Positions 47,189 to 58,553 of a stretch of 64,000 bases of DNA are shown here, in pieces. The stretch's first letter is position 1. The number at the start of each line of letters is the position of its first letter. Origin of the DNA: Patescibacteria group bacterium (GTDB lineage Bacteria > Patescibacteriota > Patescibacteriia > GWA2-46-9); assembly GCA_041675205.1 (NCBI GenBank), contig JBAYUF010000005.1:6159-70158 (forward strand), given 5' to 3'. The position numbers and the translations under genes are program-made. The notes below the pieces were generated by a model. That model was not told where the DNA came from. It was given only the letters and a program-made list of their open reading frames with translations, and made no database searches.

Positions 47189-47632
47189 ATGAAATTGAAT
47201 ATACAAACAAAGTTGCTTGTCCTTTTGCGCGTCACTTTGGGCGCGCTATTTGTGTATACCGGCCTACTTAAACTGTTTACGCCGGGCTGGTCGGCGGCGG
47301 GTTATTTAGCCGGTGCAAAGAATTTTACTGCTCTGTATGCCTTTCTTGGTCAGCCGGGCATTATCGAATGGGTCAGTCTTATAAACGAGTGGGCGCTCAC
47401 GCTTTTGGGCGTGGCACTTATTACTGGTTTGTTCCTTCGGGTGGCTGCACCTCTCGGCGCCTTACTCATGCTGCTGTATTACGCCGTTTTACCTTTTCCT
47501 TTCCAAAGTCCAAATAGCTTTTTAATCGATGAGCACATTATTTACGCGCTAGTACTCCTGGTGTTGGCATCTGCGAACGCGGGTCGTCATTTAAGCATTC
47601 AGGCACTTTGGCGGTCACGTCGTACACTATGA
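47189..47632 (+). CDS. DoxX family membrane protein
   Basis: LRVTLG..G..K pattern; four TM segments. Confidence 0.85.
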   Translation: MKLNIQTKLLVLLRVTLGALFVYTGLLKLFTPGWSAAGYLAGAKNFTALYAFLGQPGIIEWVSLINEWALTLLGVALITGLFLRVAAPLGALLMLLYYAVLPFPFQSPNSFLIDEHIIYALVLLVLASANAGRHLSIQALWRSRRTL

Positions 47633-49383
47633 GCACAGTCATTACTTGGATTCGAACCCACTACGTTTGGTCGGCTGTTATTGCGGTTGTCATAGTTGGT
47701 ATTGGTTTCGGCATTGTTCGAAGTCGTTCGGGTGGAGATACGACGTTTGAAACGATTGTTGCGCGTAAGCAAAATATAACGCAGACCGTTGAAGTAACCG
47801 GCAAGGTGAAGCCTGCGTCGGCGGTGGACCTGGCGTTTGAAGGCACGGGGCGAGTGGCGGCGGTTAGCGTTATCGTTGGCGCCAAAGTGGCACAAGGGGA
47901 TACGCTGGTTCGATTGGAAGGTGCCACATTGTCTGCCTCGGTTTCTGAAGCGAATGCAAATGTCACGAGTGCCTTAGCTCGACTTAAGCAACAAGAGGCA
48001 TTATTGGATGCGGCTCGGGCAGAGTATGACGAGCTTCTTCGTGGCCCAAGAACTGAGGAGCGAACTATTTCTGCTACGAAGGTGGCTCGTGCTGAGCAGA
48101 CATTGGCGGACAGTAAGAAAAAATTAATTGATTCCACAAGCACCTCTGACACGGCGCTGCGTAACGTTTACGCCAGTGCTGGTGACACACTGCAAGATGC
48201 GTATCGAGTCGCAGACGATGCGTTGGCGAAGCAAGTTGATGATTTTTTTCTTGACCAAGGTTCAGGTACGCCACGACTTTCTTACGTAACCGCTGACACA
48301 CAATCTGGAATCGATGCCGAGAATCAGCGTCTGGCGGCTGGCTTGGCAGTGCAGTCGCTAGCCACACTTGCAACTGTCGACGTTACAAACGGTGCTGCGG
48401 TTACAAGTGCGCTTTCTGTTGCTGTTAGTAAGCTGCGAATTGTGCAAGCTATGTTGGAACGTTTAGCCGACACCTTGAATGTATCGACTAGTTTAAACAG
48501 CACTTCACTCGCAACGTATAAAGCTAATCTCAACACGGCTCGAACAAATATTAATGCGTCAATTAGTGCAATTAATTCACAGTCGCAGAGTATAAGTGCT
48601 CAGCAGGCCACAAACCAGGCCGCTACCACCACAGCGCAGGCAGCGGTAAATGATGCGGAGCAAGCCGTAATGGCTGCTAAAAATGAGCTAGCCTTACTTG
48701 ACGCCGGGGCGTCTTCGGAAAAATTGAGAAGCGAAGCCGCCGCGGTAAAGCAGGCAGAAGCGAATGTCGCTTCGCAGCGGGGAGATGTCGAGCGTGCGCA
48801 AGCTGCTGCGGCAAGCGCTCGAGCAGAGTTGGCGAAGGCAACGCTACGGGCGCCGATAGCCGGCGTCGTGACGGCCGTTGCTATTGAACCGGGAGAAATA
48901 GTGTCTGCCAATAAAACTATCGTTTCGCTTATAGGTGACAGCGCCTATGAAGTTGAATCATTTGTACCAGAGGCAGAAATCTCTAAAGTCAAAATAGGGG
49001 ATGATGCAGCTATTACGCTGGACGCTTATGGCAGCGATGTTGTTTTAACGGCAGTGGTCACCAGTGTTGATCCTGCGGAAACTGAAGTTGAAGGGGTAGC
49101 AACGTACAAGATGGTACTACAATTTACCGGGCAAGATGAACGCATTAAATCAGGCATGACCGCTAACATAGTGCTCACGACTGGCGAACGTACAAATGTT
49201 TTGGCAATTCCTCAACGAGCAATTTTTAGTCGCGATAGAATAAAGTACGTTCGGGTGCTGGTGGGCGAGTTACCAGAAGAGGTAAAAGTAACAACGGGCC
49301 TTAATGATATTTTGGGCAACGTTGAAATTCTTGAAGGCTTAGAGGAGGGTGACACCGTTATTGTTTCGGAAAAAGCAAAGTAG
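47629..49383 (+). CDS. Efflux RND transporter periplasmic adaptor subunit with long coiled coil
   Basis: LRAPIAGVV, GMTA and VEILEGLEEGD motifs. Confidence 0.88.
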   Translation: MSTVITWIRTHYVWSAVIAVVIVGIGFGIVRSRSGGDTTFETIVARKQNITQTVEVTGKVKPASAVDLAFEGTGRVAAVSVIVGAKVAQGDTLVRLEGATLSASVSEANANVTSALARLKQQEALLDAARAEYDELLRGPRTEERTISATKVARAEQTLADSKKKLIDSTSTSDTALRNVYASAGDTLQDAYRVADDALAKQVDDFFLDQGSGTPRLSYVTADTQSGIDAENQRLAAGLAVQSLATLATVDVTNGAAVTSALSVAVSKLRIVQAMLERLADTLNVSTSLNSTSLATYKANLNTARTNINASISAINSQSQSISAQQATNQAATTTAQAAVNDAEQAVMAAKNELALLDAGASSEKLRSEAAAVKQAEANVASQRGDVERAQAAAASARAELAKATLRAPIAGVVTAVAIEPGEIVSANKTIVSLIGDSAYEVESFVPEAEISKVKIGDDAAITLDAYGSDVVLTAVVTSVDPAETEVEGVATYKMVLQFTGQDERIKSGMTANIVLTTGERTNVLAIPQRAIFSRDRIKYVRVLVGELPEEVKVTTGLNDILGNVEILEGLEEGDTVIVSEKAK

Positions 49384-49481
49384 AGTTTTTGCCAGCGCAT
49401 TGGTCGAGGAAAAAAAGAAGCCCGCGCCTAAAGGTCGACGCGGGCACAACGGACTGGCCTACCGGCCGGTGGACTAGCGCG

Positions 49482-49700
49482 CTACTCGCCACACCTGCTG
49501 CAGAAGACTCTGCTCTCAGTGAGCGCCCGCGCCGTTTCCAGCAGGGCTTCGTATGAAATCGGGAGGGACTTCCTCCCACATCCCGCGCATTCCAGCACGT
49601 ACGTTGCGCCCGCAGGCAGCGCTGGCACGTCCAGCTGCTGCGTGTCGATCCGCATGACGGCACGAATGCTCGGTTGAGTACCCTCGGTTGTTGCGTTCAT
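49482..49700 (-). CDS. Small Zn-ribbon protein
   Basis: AGGAGG SD; CAGC...CSRC. Confidence 0.6.
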   Translation of the reverse strand: MNATTEGTQPSIRAVMRIDTQQLDVPALPAGATYVLECAGCGRKSLPISYEALLETARALTESRVFCSRCGE

Positions 49701-49778
49701 AAGCCACCTCCTGTGGCGTCGCCGGTCTGTTTATTGGCGACTATTCTACCCTAGCATTCCAAAAGGAAAAGGCAAGAG

Positions 49779-50390
49779 CTAGCCAATATCCATGGCTGAG
49801 GGGTCTTTTTGGCGCCGAGGGGGTGGTGCAAGTTGCGGTAGGATGTGTGGGGCAGCACGTTCCTCAATCTCAGTTTCTTCATCAGGATACTTCTCATCAT
49901 CCGACTCAGTTACGCTCTCAACAGGTAGTCGCGTTAGTGGAGCGTTGTGAAGTTCCACCGGTGCAGCGCGCGCTGTTGGCGTCGCCGTCGATTCGTGCTG
50001 CCGCACAAGACGATGCAGCTCAGGAACGTGCTCTGCGCTTAACGCGTTAACAATTTTTTTTAAATCTTTTCTATCTGACGAACTAATTACTCCAGCCCGT
50101 TGCGCTTTCCAGCCCGCTTTCTGCATCCGTCGTCGAGCGAAGTAAGAAATACTCGTTGCGCCAGTGGGCAAGCGTTTTAGTTCGTCACCAATAATATTTG
50201 CAATTGTGCTGAGATCTTTTTTTGAAAGGTTTTTGGCTTCTCGGCGGACAGCTCCACCCGACCATTTAAAACGTCGGAGCTGACCAGCCAATCCCTTGTG
50301 GCGAGCATCACCAAACCGGCCAGATTGAAAATGGCTGCCCGTGCCGGCTTTAGACAGGTCAACGCTTGCGTCTTCTTTATGAGATTGCAT
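49779..50390 (-). CDS. Hypothetical basic protein
   Basis: 203-aa open frame, no recognised motif. Confidence 0.55.
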   Translation of the reverse strand: MQSHKEDASVDLSKAGTGSHFQSGRFGDARHKGLAGQLRRFKWSGGAVRREAKNLSKKDLSTIANIIGDELKRLPTGATSISYFARRRMQKAGWKAQRAGVISSSDRKDLKKIVNALSAEHVPELHRLVRQHESTATPTARAAPVELHNAPLTRLPVESVTESDDEKYPDEETEIEERAAPHILPQLAPPPRRQKDPSAMDIG

Positions 50391-50461
50391 TTTTTAGACG
50401 TAACTTGAATGTTTTGCTGGTAACGTATACAATTATGACATATTTCATGGGTTTTTTCAAT

Positions 50462-51262
50462 ATGACTACTACAAAAAAATACAGTATTGCATTGGTTCTT
50501 GTGGTGCTCATAGGTCTTTTTGGGCTGAAAGTAGTACTGAACCAAGGCACAACACCACCACAAACTGAAACACCGGACAGACCTGTTGTGGATTTGGTGA
50601 CACCAAGCGAGGGCGAAACAGAACAACCCGCGGCGCCAGTACAGCCACCGGTAGATGAACCTGTCGCAGAAACGAAACTTCCCGTGAAAATAAATATTAC
50701 TGTTCCTTTTACTTCGCAAGCGCCATTTGGCGATTGGGATGATCAACGACAGCAAGATGGTTGTGAGGAGGCGTCAACGTTGATGGCGGCGAGATGGATT
50801 ACTGGCGAGTCATTAAATCCAACAACGGCATTGGCGGAGCTAATGAAAATTTTTTCTTGGGAGGTTGAAGCCTTTGGAGCCTCGAATGACACCAATGCGG
50901 CAGATACTGCTCGCATTTTGACTGACTATTTTAAAGTCCCACAGGTCACGGTGAGTCGAGACGTTTCGGTTGCCAGTATTCGTAGTGCGTTGGCTTCTGG
51001 TAAGGTCGTCATTGTGCCTACTGACGGTCAAGCCTTGGGGAACCCATATTTTAGTGGTGATGGACCAGAGCGCCACATGCTTATCATTATTGGGTACGAT
51101 GATTCGACAAAACGCTTTATAGTGAATGACCCAGGTACAAAGCGGGGTGCTTCGTATCAGTATAACTACGACGTGCTTTTCGACGCTATTCGAGAGTACC
51201 CGTCGGGTGTGCATCAGCCAATCGTTGCGGATCGAAAAGCAATGATTATAGTTGCCAAATAG
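50462..51262 (+). CDS. C39-like peptidase family protein
   Basis: VPFTSQAP, GCEEAS, HMLIIIGYD and NDPG motifs. Confidence 0.88.
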   Translation: MTTTKKYSIALVLVVLIGLFGLKVVLNQGTTPPQTETPDRPVVDLVTPSEGETEQPAAPVQPPVDEPVAETKLPVKINITVPFTSQAPFGDWDDQRQQDGCEEASTLMAARWITGESLNPTTALAELMKIFSWEVEAFGASNDTNAADTARILTDYFKVPQVTVSRDVSVASIRSALASGKVVIVPTDGQALGNPYFSGDGPERHMLIIIGYDDSTKRFIVNDPGTKRGASYQYNYDVLFDAIREYPSGVHQPIVADRKAMIIVAK

Positions 51263-51295
51263 TAATTTACTCATCTTTTTTCTTGCAAAACGAAA

Positions 51296-52216
51296 ATGGA
51301 AAAGAAAAAACCATTGACTCCAGAAGAGGAATTGCAACGACTTGCCACAGAGTTTTACGAACGCTTTCAGCGTGGTGGTAGCGGCATACGCTCTGTTGTT
51401 CGAAACATTGCGCTGGTCGTTGGTCTGCTCATTATTGTTATAAATAACCCCTTACTTTTAAGTTTACTTCCTATGGACATTACTTTTGTTCCAGTACTTA
51501 TAGTTTTGTTTGTTGTACTCATAAGTATTCGGCAGGTTAACCAGTACGAGCGGGGAGTGAAGTTTCAATTTGGAAAATTTCGACGCATGGTAGAACCAGG
51601 TTGGCGTTTGGTTTGGCCAATTATTCAAAACATGACCAAGGTGGATATCCGCGTAAAGGTTACTGACGTCCCGTATCAAGAAACGATTACGCGCGACAAC
51701 GTTTCGGCGCGTATTAACGCTGTTCTTTTCTACAAAATTACTGACGTAGAAAAAGTGATTATTGAAGTTGAAAATTTTCGAGATGCTGTTTCTCAGCTGG
51801 CGCAAACCACCATGCGGAATGTTATTGGTGAAATGACGTTAGACGAGTTGCTTTCAAATCGCGATGCTGCCGCCGAGCGTATTCGAGAAATCATTGATAA
51901 AGCCAGTGATCCATGGGGCATTAAAGTAGAGTCCGTTGAGTTAAAAGATATTGTGCTTCCTGAAGATATGGTGCGCACTATTGCGAAGCAAGCAGAAGCC
52001 GAGCGAGAACGACGAGCAGTTATCATTAACTCTGAAGGTGAAGTATCGGCCGCTGAGAATTTGCGGAAAGCTGCGGAAATATTGTCTGGCTCCCCAGGCG
52101 CACTGCATCTCCGTACATTGAATAGCATCAACGACATTTCGAGCGACGCATCAAACACCATAGTATTCGCCGTGCCACTCGAGGTACTCAAAGCATTTGA
52201 ACGGTTAGGTAAATAG
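51296..52216 (+). CDS. SPFH/slipin (stomatin) family protein
   Basis: YERGV, ITRDNVS, AQTTMR and QAEAERERRA motifs. Confidence 0.93.
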   Translation: MEKKKPLTPEEELQRLATEFYERFQRGGSGIRSVVRNIALVVGLLIIVINNPLLLSLLPMDITFVPVLIVLFVVLISIRQVNQYERGVKFQFGKFRRMVEPGWRLVWPIIQNMTKVDIRVKVTDVPYQETITRDNVSARINAVLFYKITDVEKVIIEVENFRDAVSQLAQTTMRNVIGEMTLDELLSNRDAAAERIREIIDKASDPWGIKVESVELKDIVLPEDMVRTIAKQAEAERERRAVIINSEGEVSAAENLRKAAEILSGSPGALHLRTLNSINDISSDASNTIVFAVPLEVLKAFERLGK

Positions 52217-52231
52217 GTCGTTTCTTTGGCG

Positions 52232-52993
52232 ATGCTCTTTGGTAAAAAAATAGTTGTCGTCATGCCGGCGTATAACGCCGAGCAAACAGTGCGACAAACG
52301 TATGAAGAAGTACCAAAAGATTTTGTTGATGAGGTAGTTCTTGTTGACGACCAGAGTGTTGATCAAACAGCCGCCGTTGCCGCTTCGCTTGGCATACGGA
52401 CAATCAGCCATCCGAAGAATACGGGGTATGGTGGCAATCAAAAGACATGCTATCGAGAAGCTTTGCGACTCGGGGCGGATGTTGTTGTTATGTTGCATCC
52501 GGATTATCAGTATTCGCCAAAACTTGTACTACCCATGGCGGCGCTCATTGCCAGCGGACAGTATGATGCTGTGCTCGGCTCACGATTTATTTCGGAAGGC
52601 GCCATGAAAAACGGTATGCCGTTGTATAAGTATGTTTCAAACCGTTGTCTGACCTTGTTTGAAAATTTGTGCACCGGCAAACGACTTTCAGAGTATCACA
52701 CGGGCTATCGTGCCTTCTCGCGACGTGTACTCGAGTCGCTGCCGCTTGCCGAGAACTCTGACGATTACGTATTTGATAGCCAGATGCTAGCGCAGGTGTT
52801 GTATGCAGGTTTCAAAGTAGGTGAAATTTCTTGCCCGGCGCGATACTTTCCTGAAGCTTCATCCATAAATTTTCGCCGTTCGGTTCACTATGGGTTTGGT
52901 GTGCTAGCAACGTCACTGCAATATCGACTCAATAAACTTGGGGTAATGAAGACTGGTCGGTTTCAGAATATTCAATTTCCCGACACGTTGTAG
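52232..52993 (+). CDS. Glycosyltransferase family 2
   Basis: VVMPAYN, VDD, GYGGNQK and HPDYQY motifs. Confidence 0.92.
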   Translation: MLFGKKIVVVMPAYNAEQTVRQTYEEVPKDFVDEVVLVDDQSVDQTAAVAASLGIRTISHPKNTGYGGNQKTCYREALRLGADVVVMLHPDYQYSPKLVLPMAALIASGQYDAVLGSRFISEGAMKNGMPLYKYVSNRCLTLFENLCTGKRLSEYHTGYRAFSRRVLESLPLAENSDDYVFDSQMLAQVLYAGFKVGEISCPARYFPEASSINFRRSVHYGFGVLATSLQYRLNKLGVMKTGRFQNIQFPDTL

Positions 52994-53523
52994 CGCTCAG
53001 CATTCTCTAGATGAATGAGCGCGGTCTGTAGTGCCTGGTAGCTGTAGTCAATTCGCGTAATTCTGTTTTTTGTAAGGACACCAATGATGCCGAGATTTTC
53101 ACGGAAAGAACCGTCTTTGCTGTAGCCGAGTTCGACCGCTGCATCGGTTGCTTCCAGGCCGGCTTTCATTTTTGCAATTATTTCAGATTGATACTCAAAG
53201 CAGCTGGACAACCCAAGGTGTACATTTGTGCCATCCCAGATGGCGCATGCGGTTGTATCCATGTGTCCAGTTTTTGTATAGGGGACGTCAATAAGTCCGG
53301 ATTCAAGGCCAACGCCATAGTCTCCACCTAGCTCCATAAGGGCGGCACGAGCACGGTCAGCCGCTCCACGAATTGTTTCTTCAAGGTTCATTGGTTGTGC
53401 TGGCACAGAAGTTTTAACACTGACACCAATAACTTCGGCGTTTGCTAATAGTGGGTATTCACGAACAGCTCTTCGAACGGCTTCCAGCTTCGCTTCGTTT
53501 TTTGTGCCGACGATAATTCGCAT
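52972..53523 (-). CDS. Inosine/xanthosine triphosphatase (YjjX/DUF84)
   Basis: [10 protein letters not shown]...T..GA..RA, GVGLESG and GIIGVLT motifs. Confidence 0.88.
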   Translation of the reverse strand: MRIIVGTKNEAKLEAVRRAVREYPLLANAEVIGVSVKTSVPAQPMNLEETIRGAADRARAALMELGGDYGVGLESGLIDVPYTKTGHMDTTACAIWDGTNVHLGLSSCFEYQSEIIAKMKAGLEATDAAVELGYSKDGSFRENLGIIGVLTKNRITRIDYSYQALQTALIHLENAERYNVSGN

Positions 53524-53606
53524 AGTTACTATTGGTTGCTGCTTTGCAGTATAGCAAATAAATTGAACGCACTTGTCTTCTGCGCCTGACAAGCTACTAT
53601 ACAACC

Positions 53607-54524
53607 ATGTTTATTGTGGAAATTGCAATCGTTGTTTTTGGCCTCTGCCTTTTTGAGGTAATTTCTAGCATTGATAACGCCATAATCAATGCCGAAGTTT
53701 TAAGTGGCATGGGTGCTAAAGCGAGAAAGTGGTTTTTGTTGTGGGGTTTGTTATTGGCAGTTTTTGTCGTTCGAGGGTTGTTGCCCCTATTCATTGTTTG
53801 GGTCACCGCGCCCGAGCTTGGGTTTTGGGGAGCGTTAACCGCAACGTTTAGTAGTGACCCTCAGGTGCTCGCCGCGGTGGAAATGGCAGCGCCGATACTA
53901 CTCACCGGCGGCGGTGTCTTTTTGATTTTTTTATTTTTCCATTGGTTGTTCTTGGAAGATAAGAATTATGGTCTACCACATGAAAAGTTTTTTTATCGTT
54001 ATGGCCTGTGGTTCTATACCGTGGTTTCGATAATACTTGCAGCAATAGTATGGTTTACTATTCATGAAAATCCCTTGATGGCGTTTAGTGCCGTGGTTGG
54101 GTCAACGGCGTTTTTTATTACCCACGGGTTTAAACAGAACGCCGAATTGGCTGAAAAGGATTTATTGACGTCGCACCGTTCGGATATGAGCAAGATTCTT
54201 TATCTGGAGGTTATTGACGCCACTTTTTCGGTTGACGGAGTTCTCGGTGCATTTGCATTCACCTTATCCGTGCCGCTTATTTTCTTTGGGAATGGTGTGG
54301 GTGCCTATGTTGTGCGGGAGCTTACAATTAGAAATGTCGAGAATATAAAAAAGTATTTGTTTTTGAAAAATGGTGCGATGTATTCGATTCTTTTCTTGGG
54401 AACCATAATGCTGCTTGACGCTTTTGGTGTGCACGTGCCAAGTTGGGTGTCGCCACTGACCACGTTTGGAGTGGTCGGGTATTTCTTTATGAAGTCGAAG
54501 CGGGAGATGGTGGTTAGTGGTTAG
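53607..54524 (+). CDS. DUF475 (TerC-related) membrane protein
   Basis: EVISSIDNAIINA and YLEVIDATFSVDGVLGAFA motifs. Confidence 0.88.
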   Translation: MFIVEIAIVVFGLCLFEVISSIDNAIINAEVLSGMGAKARKWFLLWGLLLAVFVVRGLLPLFIVWVTAPELGFWGALTATFSSDPQVLAAVEMAAPILLTGGGVFLIFLFFHWLFLEDKNYGLPHEKFFYRYGLWFYTVVSIILAAIVWFTIHENPLMAFSAVVGSTAFFITHGFKQNAELAEKDLLTSHRSDMSKILYLEVIDATFSVDGVLGAFAFTLSVPLIFFGNGVGAYVVRELTIRNVENIKKYLFLKNGAMYSILFLGTIMLLDAFGVHVPSWVSPLTTFGVVGYFFMKSKREMVVSG

Positions 54525-54538
54525 TAGCGGGTGGTCTA

Positions 54539-54952
54539 TTATGGAGTCGTCTTTATAGCCCGCGAAGAAGTGTCTAGCCAGGATTCAGGAAGAAGTTCAA
54601 ACATTTTTATATTTCTATCTTGCGCTACGTGAACAAGCGTTTCTTTGTTGTTGGCGTGTATTTGAAGCAGTAGTTCTCGACAGCGACCACAGGGTGGAAT
54701 AACAGTTCCGGAATTTTTAACCGCCAACATTTCTACAACTTCAGATTCACCTGATTTTAACATTTCAGCCACTGCTGCGTGTTCAGCGCAAAAGCCAAGA
54801 CTGCAGTCAGTATCAATGCAGATTCCCGTATAAATATTTCCATCCTTCGTTTTTAGGGCGGCTCCGACCCCGCCACAACTTGCAAAAGGGGTTAGTTGAC
54901 GGCCAGCACTTATCGCAAATGCTTTTTGGTAGAGTTCTTCAAAATTATTCAT
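54539..54952 (-). CDS. Cytidine deaminase family protein
   Basis: FCAE and PCGRCRE motifs. Confidence 0.88.
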   Translation of the reverse strand: MNNFEELYQKAFAISAGRQLTPFASCGGVGAALKTKDGNIYTGICIDTDCSLGFCAEHAAVAEMLKSGESEVVEMLAVKNSGTVIPPCGRCRELLLQIHANNKETLVHVAQDRNIKMFELLPESWLDTSSRAIKTTP

Positions 54953-55243
54953 ATTACCTTAAAAAAATTTCGATTGTTCGAAATGTATATTAATGACGTT
55001 GGGCTGGTCCCGCTGCTGCGGGACTACTAGCTGTTGAAACATTCTGACTACATCAGAATGATCATTATCGTTGCGGGACCATATTCCCGGGGTTCGTCGG
55101 CCATGGGCATCGCCGAACCCTTCGAGTCCCGACGCACAACAAACTGTTGTTGTCCTCCAGCCCTCAGTCACGATGTTCTCCCGCCCTGTGGCGGGACTAC
55201 TGACTTTCAAAACATTATGACAACGTCATAATGCACGTTAGTG

Positions 55244-55320
55244 TGGTCGGGCTGGCGGGACTCGAACCCGCGACCTCGTCGTCCCGAACGACGCGCGCTA
55301 GCCAACTGCGCTACAGCCCG
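55244..55320 (-). tRNA. tRNA-Pro(CGG)
   Basis: CGGGCTG/CAGCCCG acceptor, loop TTCGGGA, GGTTCGAGTCC, CCA. Confidence 0.95.
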
Positions 55321-55425
55321 ATATGAGGAAATTTGGAACCTAGTTTATTCGTCATTAAACAAGGTTAGCCAAGTATAGCTGGCACAACGTTTTTACTCAA
55401 TTAGCGGGATTGACCGTAAAAGCCA

Positions 55426-56769
55426 TTAATCTTCCACAAAATGTATAAGCTTCTGTTGAAGCACTTCAATTTTATCCGGTAATTTTGCAGCCATTGCGAG
55501 CGCCAGTTTTGCTGCCTCAGCGTCAGTTGGTCCTTCTCGAAGTGAAATACCAAGCTGCTGTGCAGTTTCTAGTATTTCGTCAGACTTTGTTTTTCGATTT
55601 TTTAACATCAGTTCAAGTGGCTCCAAAATGAACTGTCTTTGATTCGGAATAAAGTTTTTTGCAAGCTTGAGAAGCGCTGAGCAGTAGCTATAAATAGCGT
55701 CGTCATCAAATCCGCTTAAAGCCGCCTTGCCTTGTAAAGTAAAACGGACATGACTATCTGGCGGAACAAAAATTGTTTTACGGTCAAAAGTAAAAGGTTC
55801 AGGAATGGCACTGTCGCTTGGTTGCACGGTAAGCCCTTTTTCGTACACCGCTGTTGCTAAAAATTTAATTAACTGTGAAATGGCGACTAAAATTTCGGGG
55901 TCGTTCATGTCTGGCGCACGATGTTCAATCGTGCCTACAGAATTTATTCGTATTGGATTCCATGAGGCGTCTAGCAGGGAGCCACGTTTTGCAAGTGAGC
56001 GTGCCTGTATACCAAGCTTATGTAGAGTAGCTTTCCAGTTGTGGGATCGTTGCTGAATAACATGTAGTAAATTCCCTCCGGTAGCTTCGTATGGTTGAAG
56101 TGCTCCAAGGTCTTGATAATTTGCATAGAGACCACCGGGATAATTAAATGGTTTTCCGCCTCGGTAGGCAATTATTCGGCTAGCTTTCCCGAGTCGTGTT
56201 CCTTGGTAAAAAGGTGATGATTGAGAAAAAGCAATCAGTGCCGGGTCCATGGCTATAAACAGATTATGTACATTCACGAGGTTCGTCTGTTGATTAGAAA
56301 AAAATCTATATACAAGATTCTTTGCAGTTTTACTATATACACCGCGCGGTAATGTAAAGTGGCAGTGCATGCCAGCGCACCGGCCAGCAATTGCAAAGCG
56401 TTGTTTACCAAAAATTTCTTCTTGTGCTCTATATCGTGGGGCATTCCGAATCGCCGGCGTGAATGTTCCCGGGTATGTTCCGAGATGGTAAATAACTAAC
56501 TCCTCCTTTTCTGCGGCGGCTAGCAAAGCTTTAAAGTCCTCCATGGACTGCCACATAATATTTGGCAAGTTTGTATGCGGCTTCGTTCGTAGCTCAATCA
56601 GGTTTTCAGATGCCTCGTATGTTGCATCTACGCTCGGGCTATCTGCACGTAATCGTTTAAGTAAACGGTCTGCGCCATTATGAATATACCCATCCTTGTC
56701 AAGAATGTGGAATTCAAATTCAATACCGAATGTTAGGTGTTTCAGCGGAACAGCGTTTATTTTTGTCAT
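55426..56769 (-). CDS. Glutamate--cysteine ligase family 2 (YbdK-like carboxylate-amine ligase)
   Basis: TFGIEFEF, IEL, GMHCH, SSPF and TIEHR..D motifs. Confidence 0.8.
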   Translation of the reverse strand: MTKINAVPLKHLTFGIEFEFHILDKDGYIHNGADRLLKRLRADSPSVDATYEASENLIELRTKPHTNLPNIMWQSMEDFKALLAAAEKEELVIYHLGTYPGTFTPAIRNAPRYRAQEEIFGKQRFAIAGRCAGMHCHFTLPRGVYSKTAKNLVYRFFSNQQTNLVNVHNLFIAMDPALIAFSQSSPFYQGTRLGKASRIIAYRGGKPFNYPGGLYANYQDLGALQPYEATGGNLLHVIQQRSHNWKATLHKLGIQARSLAKRGSLLDASWNPIRINSVGTIEHRAPDMNDPEILVAISQLIKFLATAVYEKGLTVQPSDSAIPEPFTFDRKTIFVPPDSHVRFTLQGKAALSGFDDDAIYSYCSALLKLAKNFIPNQRQFILEPLELMLKNRKTKSDEILETAQQLGISLREGPTDAEAAKLALAMAAKLPDKIEVLQQKLIHFVED

Positions 56770-56916
56770 AACACAAAAACCGAGTTTTGCTCGGTCTTAA
56801 AAGTTAAAACGATAAATTTTGTACCTGCATATAGACACATACTTATTATAGTTCAGCACCGTCTCTTTTGTCGAGCACCATTGCACGATTTTTTTTGTGA
56901 CGTACACTGGAATTAT

Positions 56917-57183
56917 ATGTGGGAGAACGAGCGCGAAACGCTCATGCGACAGGGGTCTATTGTGCTGCGCCTTATGGCAACAGCAGAGAAAAGTCGCACC
57001 ATGGCGAGAGGTCAGCAAAAGAATGGCGTTGTTAAAATAGACGTTAGAGAGCCTGCTTCGAAAGGACAAGCCAATCGCGCCATTCGTGCCTATCTTGCCG
57101 ATGTCTTTCGAGTACCGGTTGAGAATGTTCGTTTGCTTTTGGGCGTACGCAGTCCACGCAAACAATTTAAAATAATGCTTTAG
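56917..57183 (+). CDS. DUF167/YggU family protein
   Basis: PASKGQAN..LAD.F.V...V.L..G..S..K. Confidence 0.8.
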   Translation: MWENERETLMRQGSIVLRLMATAEKSRTMARGQQKNGVVKIDVREPASKGQANRAIRAYLADVFRVPVENVRLLLGVRSPRKQFKIML

Positions 57184-57186
57184 GGT

Positions 57187-58476
57187 GTGGCTATACAACA
57201 AGCCGATTCAAGTGACGATTTGTTTGCCGCTCGCGGCATAGAAGAAAAAAAGCAATTCGCACCACTAGCAGACCGCATGCGGCCGAGTACGCTTGCTGAA
57301 TTTTTTGGGCAAACACATTTGGTTGGTGAAGGCACGTCACTGCGTCAGGTGCTCGAGGCTGATGCGGTGCCTTCAATGATTTTGTGGGGGCCGCCAGGGT
57401 CGGGGAAGACAACGTTGGCTCGCATTGTCGCTCATATGACTGGTTCGACGTTTATTTCTTTCCACGCAGTAACGGAAGGGGTGGCGGCATTACGGAAAGT
57501 TATTGCCGAAGCCGCCGAGCGGCTTAACTTATATCATTCGAGAACGATTTTATTTATTGATGAGATTCATCGCTGGAGTAAGGCGCAGCAAGACGCCCTG
57601 TTGCCGCATGTTGAAAATGGAACCATCACCTTAATCGGAGCGACAACGGAGAATCCATCATTTGAAGTCGTCAGCGCTTTGCTATCTCGTTGTCGTGTTT
57701 TTACGTTTCAAAAACTTACCACCGATGAAGTTGCGGCTATCATACATCGGGCGTTGTCTGATCGCACGATGGGTTTGGGTAATATTCGTGTGGCTGCGCC
57801 AACAGTTTTGTTTTTGGCAGCCGCGGCGGATGGTGACGCGCGTGTGGCGCTCAACGCATTAGAATTTGCTGTAAAAGCAGCGGTGCGACAAGGACGTATG
57901 GACATTACAAAAGAAGACATTATCCAGGCGTTATCCTCACCACAACTACCGTACGACAAAAATGGCGAAGAACATCACAATATAATCTCAGCGCTTCATA
58001 AAAGTATGCGTGGCTCAGACGCTAATGCGTCGCTCTATTGGCTGGGTCGAATGCTCGAGGCAGGGGAGGATCCGCTCTACGTGGCTCGGCGATTGGTTCG
58101 TTTTGCGAGTGAAGATATTGGCTTGGCGGATCCGAACGCCTTAGTGGTGGCGGTTGCCGGTTTTCAAGCGACGCACGTCATTGGCATGCCCGAGGCGAAC
58201 GTCGTGCTGGCTGAAGTTGCGGCGTATTTAGCGCGGGCACCAAAATCTAATGCGGTGTACACGGCTTATGGAGCGGTGCAGGAAGCTATTCGTGACACTG
58301 GCGCTCTTCCTGTGCCGCTCCACCTTAGGAATGCGCCAACTGCACTTATGCGAGAATTGAATTATGGAAAAGGGTACCAATATACGCCAGAAGCAAAAAA
58401 GCGTGGAGAAGCATTAGCGCAGACCTATTTGCCAGATGAAATCAGTGACCACGAATTTTTTAAAGCGGACGCTTAA
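57187..58476 (+). CDS. rarA: Replication-associated recombination protein A
   Basis: [22 protein letters not shown] and [12 protein letters not shown] motifs. Confidence 0.96.
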   Translation: MAIQQADSSDDLFAARGIEEKKQFAPLADRMRPSTLAEFFGQTHLVGEGTSLRQVLEADAVPSMILWGPPGSGKTTLARIVAHMTGSTFISFHAVTEGVAALRKVIAEAAERLNLYHSRTILFIDEIHRWSKAQQDALLPHVENGTITLIGATTENPSFEVVSALLSRCRVFTFQKLTTDEVAAIIHRALSDRTMGLGNIRVAAPTVLFLAAAADGDARVALNALEFAVKAAVRQGRMDITKEDIIQALSSPQLPYDKNGEEHHNIISALHKSMRGSDANASLYWLGRMLEAGEDPLYVARRLVRFASEDIGLADPNALVVAVAGFQATHVIGMPEANVVLAEVAAYLARAPKSNAVYTAYGAVQEAIRDTGALPVPLHLRNAPTALMRELNYGKGYQYTPEAKKRGEALAQTYLPDEISDHEFFKADA

Positions 58477-58553
58477 AAAAGACCGGCCGGCTACCTCGAG
58501 AGAGAGCGTAGCCGGCCTTGGTGCGGGGGAGCGGTTGTCCTGACGGCGCGGCG

